Below, piece by piece: positions 12,693-25,132 of a DNA stretch of 64,000 nucleotides. The notes below the pieces were generated by a model, which worked only from the letters and a program-made list of their open reading frames with translations, was not told where the DNA came from and made no database searches. A program made the translations under genes and the position numbers. The stretch is from Eledone cirrhosa (Eukaryota): positions 11,718,001 through 11,782,000 of the forward strand of contig OZ024746.1 in NCBI GenBank assembly GCA_964016885.1. The letters are read 5' to 3'. How positions within the stretch are numbered: the stretch's first letter is position 1; each line of letters starts with the position of its first letter.

Positions 12693-13640
12693 ATCATCAT
12701 CATCATCATCGTTTAACGTCCATCTCCCACGCTTGCATGGGTTTAGACAGGAGTTTTCCCACTTGAGGCAAGATTGGTTGTCCTGCTCGTATAGGACTGT
12801 CTGGCGGGTTTTCTACGGCTGCTGGATGCCCTTACTAACACCAACCACATTTACAGTGTGGACTGGGAGGTTTTTACCGTGTTACCTACACGGCCACATT
12901 ACAGCATGGACTGTGTGTTTTTTTGTCATGACACCTACACGACCTCATTTGTTTCGGACTGGATGTATGTTGTGGTACTAACATAACTTCACATTGAAGG
13001 GGGGGGGGGGGGTTATTTTTGTTAGAGGTGCCTACTGACTGTAGGTTTCGCTTTGTACTTAGGCAAGGCGGGTCTTCTGTATTACTGTGTAGCGCCAAAG
13101 ATCTCGGTCCAGTGACATTGTCTTGGAGAGGTGTAAGTGTGTGATGTCGGAATTTATCAAGTCGTCCCAGGTTTTTCTGGGTCTGCCTACTCCGTGGCTA
13201 CCGTCTATTTTTATCGCCCTGCACTTTTTTATACAGCTGTCGTCTTTCATGCGCATCACGTGACCATACCAACGTAGTCTTCTCTCGAGTAAACAACATT
13301 TGATCCCTCTTATTCCTAATTTCTCCCTTAGTTCGTTTATGCTTTGCCGTTCACGTATATTACTATTACACATCCAGCGGAGCATGCAAGCTTCGTTCCT
13401 CTCCAGTCTGCGTATATCCTCTGCACACAATGCCCAGGTCTCACTGCCATGTAACATTGCTGTTCGTATGCAGGCATCATACAGCCTGCCTTTCATTTTT
13501 AGAGAGAACCCTTTAGCAGCCAATAGTGGTATAAGCTCTCTGAACTTTTTCCATCCCGTTCTGACTCTAGCTACTGTACTTTCAGAGCACCCTCCCCCAC
13601 TGCTGATTTTGTCACCCAGGTAACGGAAGGTGTCCACTAT
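12693..13640 (-). mobile_element. Young 5'-truncated RTE LINE with intact ORF end, 3'UTR and (GAT)n tail
   Basis: ORF 13059-13637 (FRYLG...LHGSETW...RLRWYGHVMRM...GRPRKTW) has no stops. Its 3'UTR recurs at ~28530-28810 and ~32290-32705 (+). Confidence 0.93.
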
Positions 13641-13647
13641 TTATATA

Positions 13648-13855
13648 TCATCATCATCATCACCATTTTACGTCCGTTCTTCCATGCTAGCATGGGTTAG
13701 ACGGGTTGTCCTGTTGTGGGCAGTGTCTGGTCGGCTGACCATGCCTTGCTCATACAGGAACTGATTTGGGCTTGATTTCTACAGCTGGATGCCCTTCCCA
13801 ACACCAACCTCATTTACAGTGAGTGGTGGGTGCTTTTTCCGTGGCGCCTACATGT
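13648..13855 (-). mobile_element. Non-autonomous element or fragment with RTE-type 3' tail
   Basis: GGAAGGGCATCCAGCTGTAGAAA...CCCATGCTAGCATGGA...GGACGTAAAATG-(GAT)n. Relatives at 1-135, 23320-23535 and 62160-62365. Confidence 0.8.
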
Positions 13856-14859
13856 ACATATATATATATATATATATATACACACTCGCGCGCGCACGCA
13901 CACACACACAGATAACTTTATTTTATACTTTGGCTGCTTAGTGTACAACTTTGTTAATATTCAAGATGTCTGTTATCTCAAAATTTCACCAGGATTGACT
14001 TTTCAATCTTTGATGTATCAGTTGCTCAGTTGCTGCCTTGAATGATTAAAGACAGCCTCACTAGGGCTGGTGCCATGACAAAATGCACCTAGCAAACTCT
14101 AAAGCAGTTAGTGATTAAACAAAAACAGTCCTGCAGAAAACATAACATCCTTTCTTAATAAGAGTGCCACAATAAAATGCACCCAGTAGGTCTTAGGAAT
14201 GTTATCCAGCCTTAGAAACCATGTCAAAAATAATAACTGACTGGACCATGACAACCTGTCTAACTGATGCCAACATGGAAAATTAACATAATAATTATAT
14301 ATGTGTGTGTAGGGGTATATAAAATGTGAGGGAAAACTGAGATGTAGATTTAGAGCAGCTTTGAAAACTATTTACTTTTCTGTTTATCATTCCAAAATTA
14401 AATTATGGTAGTTATTACATGGTAAATGCTTCAGTTAGATTAATGATAGAACATTTATGATAAGCACTGTAATATTTAATTGAAACCTGAAGTTTTGTTT
14501 AGTTGAAAAGAGATGATTCTTTAGTCATAATTTTTTTTTAAAGATATTTTTTGTTTTAATCCTTTTGATACCAAACTGCCTGAAACTGCCCTGGATTTAT
14601 GATACAAAACTGTTCATTTTAAAATGTTTATCCTTATATTAAAATTTCCATCATAATTTTATTTAAGAAATTTTAAAGTAATGTTCTAAATATCAGCTTA
14701 CTAATGAAAAAGTTAGCTATTTTATTAAATTCGTCCAAGTGTTTTATTATTTTCAAAATTAATCGAAACACATAGCAGTGTATTTCATTAGAAATATGGT
14801 AATGAAAGGCTTAAATTAATTGGAAATATATAATACATCATTATTATTGTTGTCACCGT

Positions 14860-15170
14860 GGCGGTGGATTGGCAGTATCGGTAGAGGGTCGTACGCCATG
14901 CTTTCCAGCATAGTTACGTCCCTTTACGATCTGAGTTCAAATCCTGCCGAGGTTGACTTTGCCTTTCATCCTTACGGGGTTGATAAAATAAAGTACCAGT
15001 AATGAACTGGATAATTGCTGGCCTTGTGCCTAAAGTAGAAACAATTATTATTGTTGTCATCCCGCCGAGGTTGACTTTGCCTTTCATCCTTACGGGGTCG
15101 ATAAAATAAAGTACCAGTAATGCACTGGGTAGTTGCTGGCCTTGTGCCTAAAGTAGAAACAATTATTATT
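14860..15170 (+). mobile_element. SINE family 1 copy plus tandem duplicate of its 3' two-thirds
   Basis: Full copy to ~15045 and a second partial copy at 15060-15165. ATTATTATTGTTGTCA occurs before, between and after. Confidence 0.88.
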
Positions 15171-18100
15171 GTTGTCATTGTCCTTTCTTAACATGTTTTC
15201 TATACTAGCATGGCTTAGGACTTATGTCTGCAATTTTTAAAAATTGAACATGTAAAATTCATTTAATTTGTTTTGTTGTTCTTTTCTTTTTAAATTTATA
15301 AATGAAATTTAGATATTTTCCCATATTTATGTAAAACATCATATTAACCCTTTGGATACCAATCCACCTGAAACTGTTTTTGTTTCTGGTACACTGCTGT
15401 TTATTATAAAGTATTTATATTTCTCTAAAAGCCTTCCTTCATCGTATTATGTTAAGCTTAATAATAAGAACATTAGTTATATTCCTAATTCACTTCAAAT
15501 TCTTGATTATATTCAGTTATTTGAAAAACATGCAGAAATAGGATAATGAAAGGATGAATAAAAAAATAAATTTATTTCCATTACTGAAAACTGTCTTTTG
15601 ATTTTTGTATATAATAATGTTAATTCTCTTCTGAGACATCCTTTAATTTCTATTAGACTTCATTGTGTAAAATTGGACGGGGCATTACTACTGATATCTA
15701 AAAGGGCCAGAGGGAGCATCTCGCTTACATATGTTCCTACATTCTACAGAGTGCATTGAATGTATTTTATCATGACACCAACACAAGGGAGGCTATCATG
15801 ACTTTCAGACAACTGAATTATCATCATCATTACCGTTTAATGTCTATTTTCCATACTTACATGAGTTAAACTGGTTGTCACTGTACTGAGGCTACTGGCT
15901 GGATATCAAAACTTACTCTCTCACTCATTTTGTGTGATTTACAGTCTAACAACTGATATAAGTAAATAGTTATTTTATCTTGTGTTTATATATTGTTTAT
16001 TATATATTTTGCATGTATTTCTTAATTGTTATATATTGGATGTCTGCATTTTTTGTCCGGGTATGTTTTTCATTCTGTCTCATTTATACATCCTTTTGTT
16101 TATTGCCAAGCAATGTTAAACCAGCTTTTAACAATAAATTGTACACTGTTGAATTAGTAATCCTGTCTTAGGTCTACAAAACTACACAGTCCAATCAATA
16201 GCCAACAATGTTCCTTGTTTATATTGTCCTTGCTTTCATTTCTCCATTCCTTCTACTGTTTTTGTGCCATTCTCCTTAATGTGTGTGTCTGTGCACACGT
16301 ATACACACACAAAATATGTAATCTGAATAAGGAGAATATTCCAACCATCTGTCAGTGAAATAATTTCAGTCAATCAGGAAAGGATATGAATTATATCAGA
16401 ATTCTTGAAGGGCCTCCTACCAACTGACCCAGATTGCTAAAAATAGCTATTTGTTTATTTGTGCTTCTAATGAGGTCATTTGGAAGCTAAAAACTTGGTC
16501 TTGACATGTTTTTCAGCAGTCTTAGCCAAAGACACATATTATCTATTTTTGTTTTGTTTTTTAATGTATTGCTGACTCCATATGAAAATGAAGTGATAAC
16601 ATTTGCCCAAAAGATTAATCCTTCCAACAAAACACTTCTCCTCCCCTTTTTTCTTGAATATATATATATACTAAAGATAAAGATATAGATTGACAGAATA
16701 AGTAGAGTGATGAACAAAATGTCTGGGACTTTTAGTTATTTCTCTTTATATTCTAATATCGAATCTTTCAAGAGCTCAACTTTGCCTTAGAAACTATTGG
16801 AGTCAAATGTGTGACTTTGAAACAATCATGCTAACATGGATTGGACATGTTGTTACAATCCATGTCAGCACTTATTCAGATTTACTGCTCTTGTAAATGT
16901 GTTGGAGGACAACATCTTACATGTATGTTCCATTTTGGCATAGTTTCTGCAGCCAACATCATCCACTTAACCCTTTCATTAGCATATTTCTAACCACACC
17001 ACCAACGTTTTTCAAATAATTAAGAATTTAGAGCAATTTATTAATATAACTAACTTCCTCATTTTTAAGTTGGGGTGTATAATATATCTTGAGAAATGGT
17101 TCTTAAAAAATGATAATGGAAAGTTTAAAACACAATTTTCATCATAGATTCAGGTGGTTTGGTATCAAAAGGATTAACAGAATGTACTGGGCACATTTTA
17201 TAAGGCACCAGCACTAGAGAGGTTGTCATACCATCAGTAAGATGTTCTCAACCTTGCAGGTCTCTTGTCTGCTTAATATCATGAAACTAGAGCTAAACAC
17301 TAGCCTTTAAAAGCACTTCAGAGCTTAGTAAACATTTACATTTGCTTTTACATTGTATGGTCAGTCTGTTATTAACAAACTAAAGGTTGAAACACATCGG
17401 TTTTTCCTTAAACATTTTGCATCCATAGTTTGATGTACTGAAACTTGAATAAATGTACTGGGCATTCATGGCTTTAAACCTTACATCAGACATTATATTA
17501 TGCTTTTATGCAAAGTGAATTTGTACTATTTTCAATTCTATTTCAGGATTATCCAGCTGTGAAATAAATGCTCTCTTTTCATACTAGCATTTTAAATTGC
17601 TCAACCATTTAAACTCATGCTTACATGAACTGAACCCATGAATATTGGAGCATAAAGCAAAATATTCAGTTGACTATACAACTGTACAAAGTTGGCTTTG
17701 ACCCTTGTCAAAAAAGAATCCCTAACCTCAAATTAAGCATTTAAACTTCAAGTTTAACAAATTAACAAGGCTTCATTCAGATACTGTTATTACCTTGCCT
17801 GGCTGAAACTATAAGGTGCAATGGTTGTCAGTTTAAGGTACTGTGTTGTTATTGAGTTGAAACTTTACTGCCACTGTCATTGTATTGTGTCTCTGGGCAA
17901 AACAATAGCACTCAAACCACAGTTGTTCAATCTGCTAGAAATAGCAACTAAATCTCTCTTAAATTCCCAGCTATAGTCACACTGTATATAATGACTGCTA
18001 GTATATCCCTCTTCCAGCTATAGTCACACTATATATAATCATGAAACATTTGTAAATTATGCATTGTTCCCACTGCTTCCAGTAGTGTGTGGACACAGTA

Positions 18101-19320
18101 TGGCCAAATGGTTATGAAGTTCACATTGCAATCATTGGATTTGATCCCACTGCATGACTTCTTGAGCATGTTATATATCATAGCCTCCAGCTAACCCATG
18201 CCTTGTAAGGAAACTTGGGGAGATGGAGACTATTTAGAAGCCTGTTGGATGGACTTTAACTGCAATTCAAGGGGCCTGCCTTGTCACACTCTGTTTCATG
18301 TTGAATCTCCCTGAAAACTACATTAAAGGTACGCATGTTTGTGCAATGCTCAACCACTAACCCATTAATTTCACAATCAGGCAGTTTTGTTAATTACACA
18401 ACTGGAACGGCTATCATCAAGGCCAACAGAGGTTTGTTTGTTCCTTTCTTCCAGCAGAGAGCTGCCACTTCTCATGATACCTACTTACAGCTTAACTAAA
18501 TGAACCAGTGTTAATTGAGGGTCTTGGCTACAGATTCTATCCCTGCAAAAATATCTTTCAAAATATTTATATTTAATGACGTAAGAAAAACAGCAAGGAT
18601 TTTTTTTATGACTAATATAAAAAAAATAGAAGAAAATCCAAAGCAAAGAATTCAGATTATTGGAGATATATTGATTATGTCTAATATAGCTGATGTTTCT
18701 ATGCAATGACAACTTTGCTAATCTGTTAAAGTGTATCTAGCTACATATCTATACTATATACATAAATAATGAAGGAACTACTGTTGACAAACTTACATAA
18801 GAGTTTATGTCATGCATCCATAGAAGTGAAGTGATATATTTTCCATTTTGTAATCATTGTAAATACTTCTCAGCTGGTGGTTCTCTTGAAATATTTTAGT
18901 GACAATAATGAGAAAACCTAGTAGCAAATAGTGATAGATTGTGATATACTAATTATGCATATATATATAGAGAGAGAGAGAGAGTCTGCGATGCTGAGAC
19001 CGATGAGATCACTAATCATTGGAGAACTCAATGCATGGGGAGATGCCGAGTGGGTATAAAGATAGGTAAAATCCCGACTACTTGGTGCTACAGTCAGGAT
19101 TTTACCTATCTCTCTCTCTCTACGTATATCATCATCATCACCACCATCATCGTCATCATACATCTGTTTTCCATGCTGGCATGAGTTGGACAACTCTTCA
19201 AAATCAGAGTCAAGAATTGTCAAATAACAAATTCTTGTTCATGCCTTTTATATTTGGATGCCCTTCTTCAGACCAACCACTTTATAGTATGTGTGTGTGT
19301 ATATATATAGAGAGGGGGGG

Positions 19321-19712
19321 GGCACATGGCTTAATGGTTAGAGCATTGGCCTTGCAATCAAAAGGTTGTGAGTTCAATTCTCAGACCGGGTGATGTGTTG
19401 TTTCCTTGAGCAAGACACTTTATTTCACATTGCTTCAGTTCACTCAGCTGTAGAAATGAGATGATAGGATTGGGGTCGTTATCATTCCACTGCAAAGTGG
19501 TCGTGGAGGTGCCACGGCAAAAAAGCACCCAGCCCACACTGTAAAAGTGGACGTGTAGGCGCCACGGAAAAAAACCACCCAGCACTCACTGTAAATGAGG
19601 TTGGTGTTAGGAAGGGCATCCAGCTGTAGAAATCAAGCCAGAATCAGTTCCCGTCCCACCCTTGCAAGCAGGGAAAAGCGGACGTAAAATGAAATGATGA
19701 TGATGATAATGA
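19321..19712 (+). mobile_element. tRNA-headed SINE family 2 with CORE-like centre and RTE tail
   Basis: A-box TGGCTTAATGG, B-box GAGTTCAATTC, CCTTGAGCAAGACACTT centre, RTE-type tail with (GAT)n. Near-identical copies at 42680-43030 (+) and 24732-25001 (-, headless). Confidence 0.88.
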
Positions 19713-19995
19713 TATTATACAACAAAGCTGTTGACTTGGGAAACTTTTGAAAAATTTGAGATGTGTGCGCCATAATGAAAGTGACCATAATAATAGTTGA
19801 GAAAATCAGGTAAAATACCCCTGTCGACAGAAAAAGTGGGCAGTGGTGCCTGCAAGATATCAAACCCCCACATCGCCCAGATGCTAGACAAGTGTATTAA
19901 CCACCATGCTAAGGAGCTGCTGACCACCAGTTCTATCTTTTACAATCCATTGTTATTACCTATAAAACAGCAAGTTATGTACTACTAATAATAAT

Positions 19996-20184
19996 TGTTT
20001 CTACTTTTGGCACAAGGCCAGCAATTACCCAGTACATTACTGGTACTTTATTTTATCGACCCCGTAAGGATGAAAGGCAAAGTTAACCTCGGCGGGATTT
20101 GAACTCAGACCATAAAGGGCCGTAATTCTTTGCTGCAAAGCATGGCGACTGACTCTCTACTGATACTGCCAATCCACCACCCTT
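19996..20184 (-). mobile_element. SINE family 1 copy with 16-bp TSD
   Basis: TSD TACTACT(A/G)ATAATAAT at 19980-19995 and 20185-20200. Confidence 0.88.
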
Positions 20185-21158
20185 TACTACTGATAATAAT
20201 GGTTACATTAATGTTTTATTTTGAATTCATCAATTATTTTAAGTTTGTATATTTGTTTGTTTGTTGTTGTTTTTTCATCTATTTTCAAAATATTAGTTAA
20301 TTTTTAATTGAAAATACCACCCCATCAATAAAATCTTTTTTGAAATGTGGATTTATGTTTGCTGGTAGACATCAAGAGCAGCATCCTTATTTCCTAATTT
20401 ATAATGAATATTTGGTGAATGAAAGTATGAAACCTATCAGATTATAAAAAAATAACATTTTGATACTTGACATATTTCCAGTGCAAGCAAGTCTTTACTG
20501 TTGTTGTTGCTGTTATTTGTTGTTTTTAAATCTTTGAAAGTACAAAAACATTTCAAGAAAAAATACTTAAGAGCATCATTTAGGGCTTCATAAATAATTA
20601 CAAAAGCTATGAAACCATGTACGACTGGTGAAAAGTGTATGTAGTTAGCAACATGTTGAATCACAGTAACTATTCGTAGAAATACCTATACAGATGGAAT
20701 TTAAAAAATATCCCGTTAAATGGTATGGTATGAGAATAGCAGAAATAATTTGTAGAATGTATTGAAAGCATTAAAGGAAGTGGTAGATTTGTGATTGGTT
20801 TCCCACATCCCTTTTCATGGCAAAATGTACTGAGAGAAGATGGCAAATTTACATAATTGTTAGATCAGGTAGAATGTCATGCAGTATTTGTTTCTTTACA
20901 TTCTGAGTTCAAATCTCACTGAGGTCAGCTTTATCATCCTGTAAATGAGGACCTTCATTATATTCTGTTTATGAAATCATTCTTTTATAGATAACCTGTC
21001 ATTCGTAGAAACTGATTTATTCTAAATATACTTGATAAGGACTATGTTTCTATACTGCACTGTCAATTCAGGGATAAGAAGATTCTTGTATCATGTTTGG
21101 ATCTTTATGAAATTAGCATCACCTTTGACATATTCTGTCTTCTAATTGACTGAGCTGT

Positions 21159-21363
21159 TTAACCCTTTCATTACCATATTTCTAATGAATGACACTGCCT
21201 GTCACTCACAAATAATGTTGAAAATAATCAAGAATTTGAAGTGATTTCATAATATAACTAATTTTTTCATTATTAAGCTTGTGTTTGGAATGCATTTTAA
21301 AACAAATATTTATCTTCATACAACTAGAGGAGGTTTCAGGTGGGTTGATATCAAAAGGGTTAA
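21159..21363 (+). mobile_element. piggyBac-like MITE family B (older, diverged)
   Basis: TTAACCCTTTCATTACCATATTTCTAATGAA...TATCAAAAGGGTTAA. Related copies near 7085-7310, 14557-14815, 15345-15555, 16967-17177, 50718-50890 and 62409-62490. Confidence 0.7.
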
Positions 21364-21936
21364 GTTACAGCAAATGGCAACACTAAACATGTCATCTACT
21401 ACAGATAAGTGTTCAACATTGGAAAATATGTACAAAATGAAGTTGTCGACGTTTGAAAATATATACAAAGTTAAGAGTGTATTTCTCTTTTACTCTATGT
21501 AAATATAATGTAGAAGTGACTAGTTGCTTAAGGGCTGGTGCTTAGTTCTGATTTGAAAATATTAAGTAGATGTAATGTAACTCTCAAGCTGGATACGAGG
21601 CCAAATAATTCTCCCCAAAACTAGTTTAAACTAAGTTGTGAAGAATTAAGTATATTACCTAAACACTTAACAAAACACCTGCAGTTGATTTGAATTAGTG
21701 GATGTATCAATTTAGTTATTTTAATTAAACTCTTTCATGTCCATATTTCTAAGGAAACACTGTCTATGTGTTTCAGTTAATTTAAAAAATAATTAAGTAA
21801 GGATTTAATGAAATAACTAAGTTTGTCATTATTAAATTCCTGTTTAGTACATGATTTAATAAAAATATGATGGAAAGTTTTAATTTAAATATGGACACTT
21901 TAAAACATTAAATTTTGTATCACAAAAGTGGAGATA

Positions 21937-22267
21937 CTCTTGGGTCTCGAATAATTTTGTGTGTCCCGCTTATTAATTTTTCAAATTTTTTCTAATCCTC
22001 CCCACTTATTAAATTTTATTAATCTATCTCCGGAAAAATTTTATTTTAAGTGGTAGCATTCCTACAGCAATTAATTTTCTTTAGACATTAAAAAATATTA
22101 TACATTACTAGAAATCCCATACATTATAAGATAAATAGTATGGGTTCAACTAATTCTACTTTTTAAAAAAAAATCAAGGGAGCCAGCAAAGAAAAATTAT
22201 CAATTCCCCCCACCCCTGCTTCTTCCACATACGCACACACCCACACCTATTATTCGGGACCCAAGAG
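21937..22267. mobile_element. Tc1/mariner-pogo-type MITE with 19-bp TIRs and TA TSD
   Basis: TA|CTCTTGGGTCTCGAATAAT...ATTATTCGGGACCCAAGAG|TA (one mismatch), inserted in a family-B MITE. Confidence 0.85.
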
Positions 22268-24613
22268 TAGCCATAAGGGATTAATATCTGAAGGATTAAT
22301 ATATCTGCAGCTTGAAATCCAAGTTTCTTTCATTTGTATTCCCCTCAATAATTATTGTTTACAATCAGTTATGGACTAGAAAAACTTACTTCACTGATGC
22401 AGTTTAAATGGTTCTACATTGTTACTACATGGTGTTCTATCAATTGTGGAACCGGAACAGTTATCTCATTGAATAGTTGTATAACAACCATTACATATCA
22501 AGAGCTGTAGAGTTGAAGGTGTTAAACCATTGACAAAACCATCTACAATTAGAACAATTACGTATAGTTGCTATTAGAACCATTGTCTTGAAAGGGTTAA
22601 AGTCATTGTCAATAATTATATGTTGTAACTGCAATTTGAGCTCTCATCAACTGCTAACTTGAAAGGATTAACTTATTAAGAAGATGATTTGTAGTTAGAA
22701 TAATTATATGTATTTTCCATCACTGGAGACACCAACTATTGTGATGAATACAGAAGTGAGTGATGATATCCAGTAGTAATTTAAAGAATAGTATGGCAAA
22801 TATTTTCAGTCTTTTCATATGACAGTAATGATTATAACTGCAAAATACTATTTGAATTAAGAGATTAAAGAATTCATCTTCTGAGTTGAAAATCAAAGAG
22901 TATTATATTTACTACCAGTTTCAGTCATATAACTATACCCATACTGGGACACAACCTTCCATAACTGTACCCATACTGGGACACAACCTTCCAGAGGGTT
23001 TTCGTTTATTATATTGACCCCACTACTTTATCTGGTACATATTTCATCTTTAGTAGAAATACAAATTTGGGCAGACCTAAAAGAAATAGACTAAATACCA
23101 CAGGGTATGTTTATTTGATCACTGATTCTGCTACCCTCTCCCCCCAATATATATAGAGAGAGAGATCAAGATTAAACCAGTTTTAAACTAGAACCATTAT
23201 TCAGCAGAGTACTCGATATTTGGGATAGTAGAGACTCTGGAATATGCTGTTGAAATGGCAGGAACTCAGTTGTTGGGACCTGACTCTCTACTGTGTGTAT
23301 ATATATATATATATATGTGTAAAGTGGTCGTGTAGGCGACACAACAAAAAGCACACAGTACTCACTGTAAATGAGGTTGGCGTTAGGAAGGGCATCCAGC
23401 TATAGAAACCAAGCCAAAATCAGTTCTGTATGAGCAAGATATGGTCACCTGAGCTAGCATTGCCCACAACAAGACAACTCGTCTAACTCATGCTAGCATG
23501 GAAAAATGGATGTAAAATGGTGATGATGATGATATATATAAATTGTGTGTGTGAAGTATATGATGTAACTTTGATGCTGCTAATTGTTTCTGGTTCATTG
23601 TTTAACTTTTAGTGTCTTCTACAACTGCATTATTAAGATATTCTTGAAAAATACAAAACATCACTAATACTGCATTACATTAAATATTAAAGTCTTTACT
23701 CTAATGCTCTAAATTTTCCCTATGATCTATCCACTTGTAAAGATTTGTACTAGTAAAGATACTGTAAAGATTTGTATTACCAAACTCCTTTTTAGATATT
23801 TTCTACTAAACCATTAGAGGATGGTAAGAATTACAGCTGGTTATTCTCCTGACTTCTAATATTTTTCCATCAGTTTTTATTTTCAAACATTTGCCTCTGA
23901 AAACAGACAACTGAAAGTAATTCCAGCTAGATCCTGCCAACAAAATCTTCATACAGTTTAAATACTCAGCAAGTCTTTTCCAAAAGGCTAAATGTCAGCA
24001 GAAGGGCACCCAGGAGTCATGACCTGGATGTGGTTCAGCCTCCTTAGAGGTTAAGGGCCAAAACACTCGCTTGAGTAGGGTTTCTTCTCTGAAGACCTGC
24101 AGTCTAGCTCTCCGGGGAGTTTCTTACCACTCTGGCTGGTTATTCTCCTGGCTTCTAATATTTTTCCATCAGTTTTTATTTTCAAACATTTGCCTCTCTG
24201 ATATGTTCTCTTTATATTCTCAATGCTACATCATATTTACATTGATAAAATAAATATCAGTGGCTGTGATAAAAGAAAAATATTAATCAAGATCTGGGAA
24301 GAAATCAACAAAAATTGGTTCTTTTAGGTGGCTTCATTTCTTATTGTGGCTGACTGAGCAAATAATTAGTCTAATATTTTAATGACATCACAAAACTAAT
24401 TTCCCTCTAGCAGAACATCTTGTCAAATACGTTTATACTTGACCTCACATATGCAAGCATACACACATACATATATATATTTGTATCATAATATTTTGTT
24501 TTGTTTTACCTTCAGTGTTACTTTTAAATTGACTGACATATGTGATGGTTTTATAAGAATATAAACAAATTTAAACATCAAAGATAATGTTATATATATA
24601 TGTTACTCTGGAG

Positions 24614-24646
<33 letters not shown>

Positions 24647-25056
24647 CTGTATGTAGTTGATGACCCTGTGAGAAGCGGGTGAAACTCCAGAGTAACAAAA
24701 TTAACTATTTAGCCTTAATAAAATGAATATATCATCATCATCATCGTCATCATCATTTTACGTCCGTTTTTCCCTGCTTGCAAGGGTGGGACGGGAACTG
24801 ATTCTGGCTTGATTTCTACAGCTGGATGCCCTTCCTAACACCAACCTCATTTACAGTGAGTGCTGGGTGCTTTTTTGCCATGGTACCTCCACGGCCACTT
24901 TGCAGTGGAATGATATGGACCCCGGTCCCTATCATCTCATTTCTACAGCTGAGTAAACTGGAGCAATGTGAAATAAAGTGTCTTGCTCAAGGAAACAACA
25001 CATATATATATAAAAGGGAAGAAGGAGTTTCTATTCTTTTTCACCTCCATTTTATA

Positions 25057-25132
25057 ACCTATTATGCAGCATTTCAGAGGCGATAAACAGCTTAATAGTT
25101 TCTTGTTCAATCACGTCACTCATCAGATAGGT
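25057..25132 (-). ncRNA. Type I hammerhead ribozyme motif, intact core
   Basis: ACCUAU-CUGAUGA-G...U-GAA-AUGCUGCAU-A^-AUAGGU: 6-bp helix I, imperfect helix II (GUGAU/AUCGC, GAACA/UGUUU), helix III AUGC-U-GCAU. Confidence 0.7.

Noticed and set aside
19321-19390. tRNA gene
   Set aside because: It is the head of a multi-copy SINE, and the cloverleaf stems are imperfect.
25064-25130. In-frame ATG with a phase-1 donor (MQHFRGDKQLNSFLFNHVTHQI-G|gtaatt) as THOC7 exon 1
   Set aside because: It is the antisense strand of the hammerhead motif, and the peptide is unlike the short THOC7 N-terminus.
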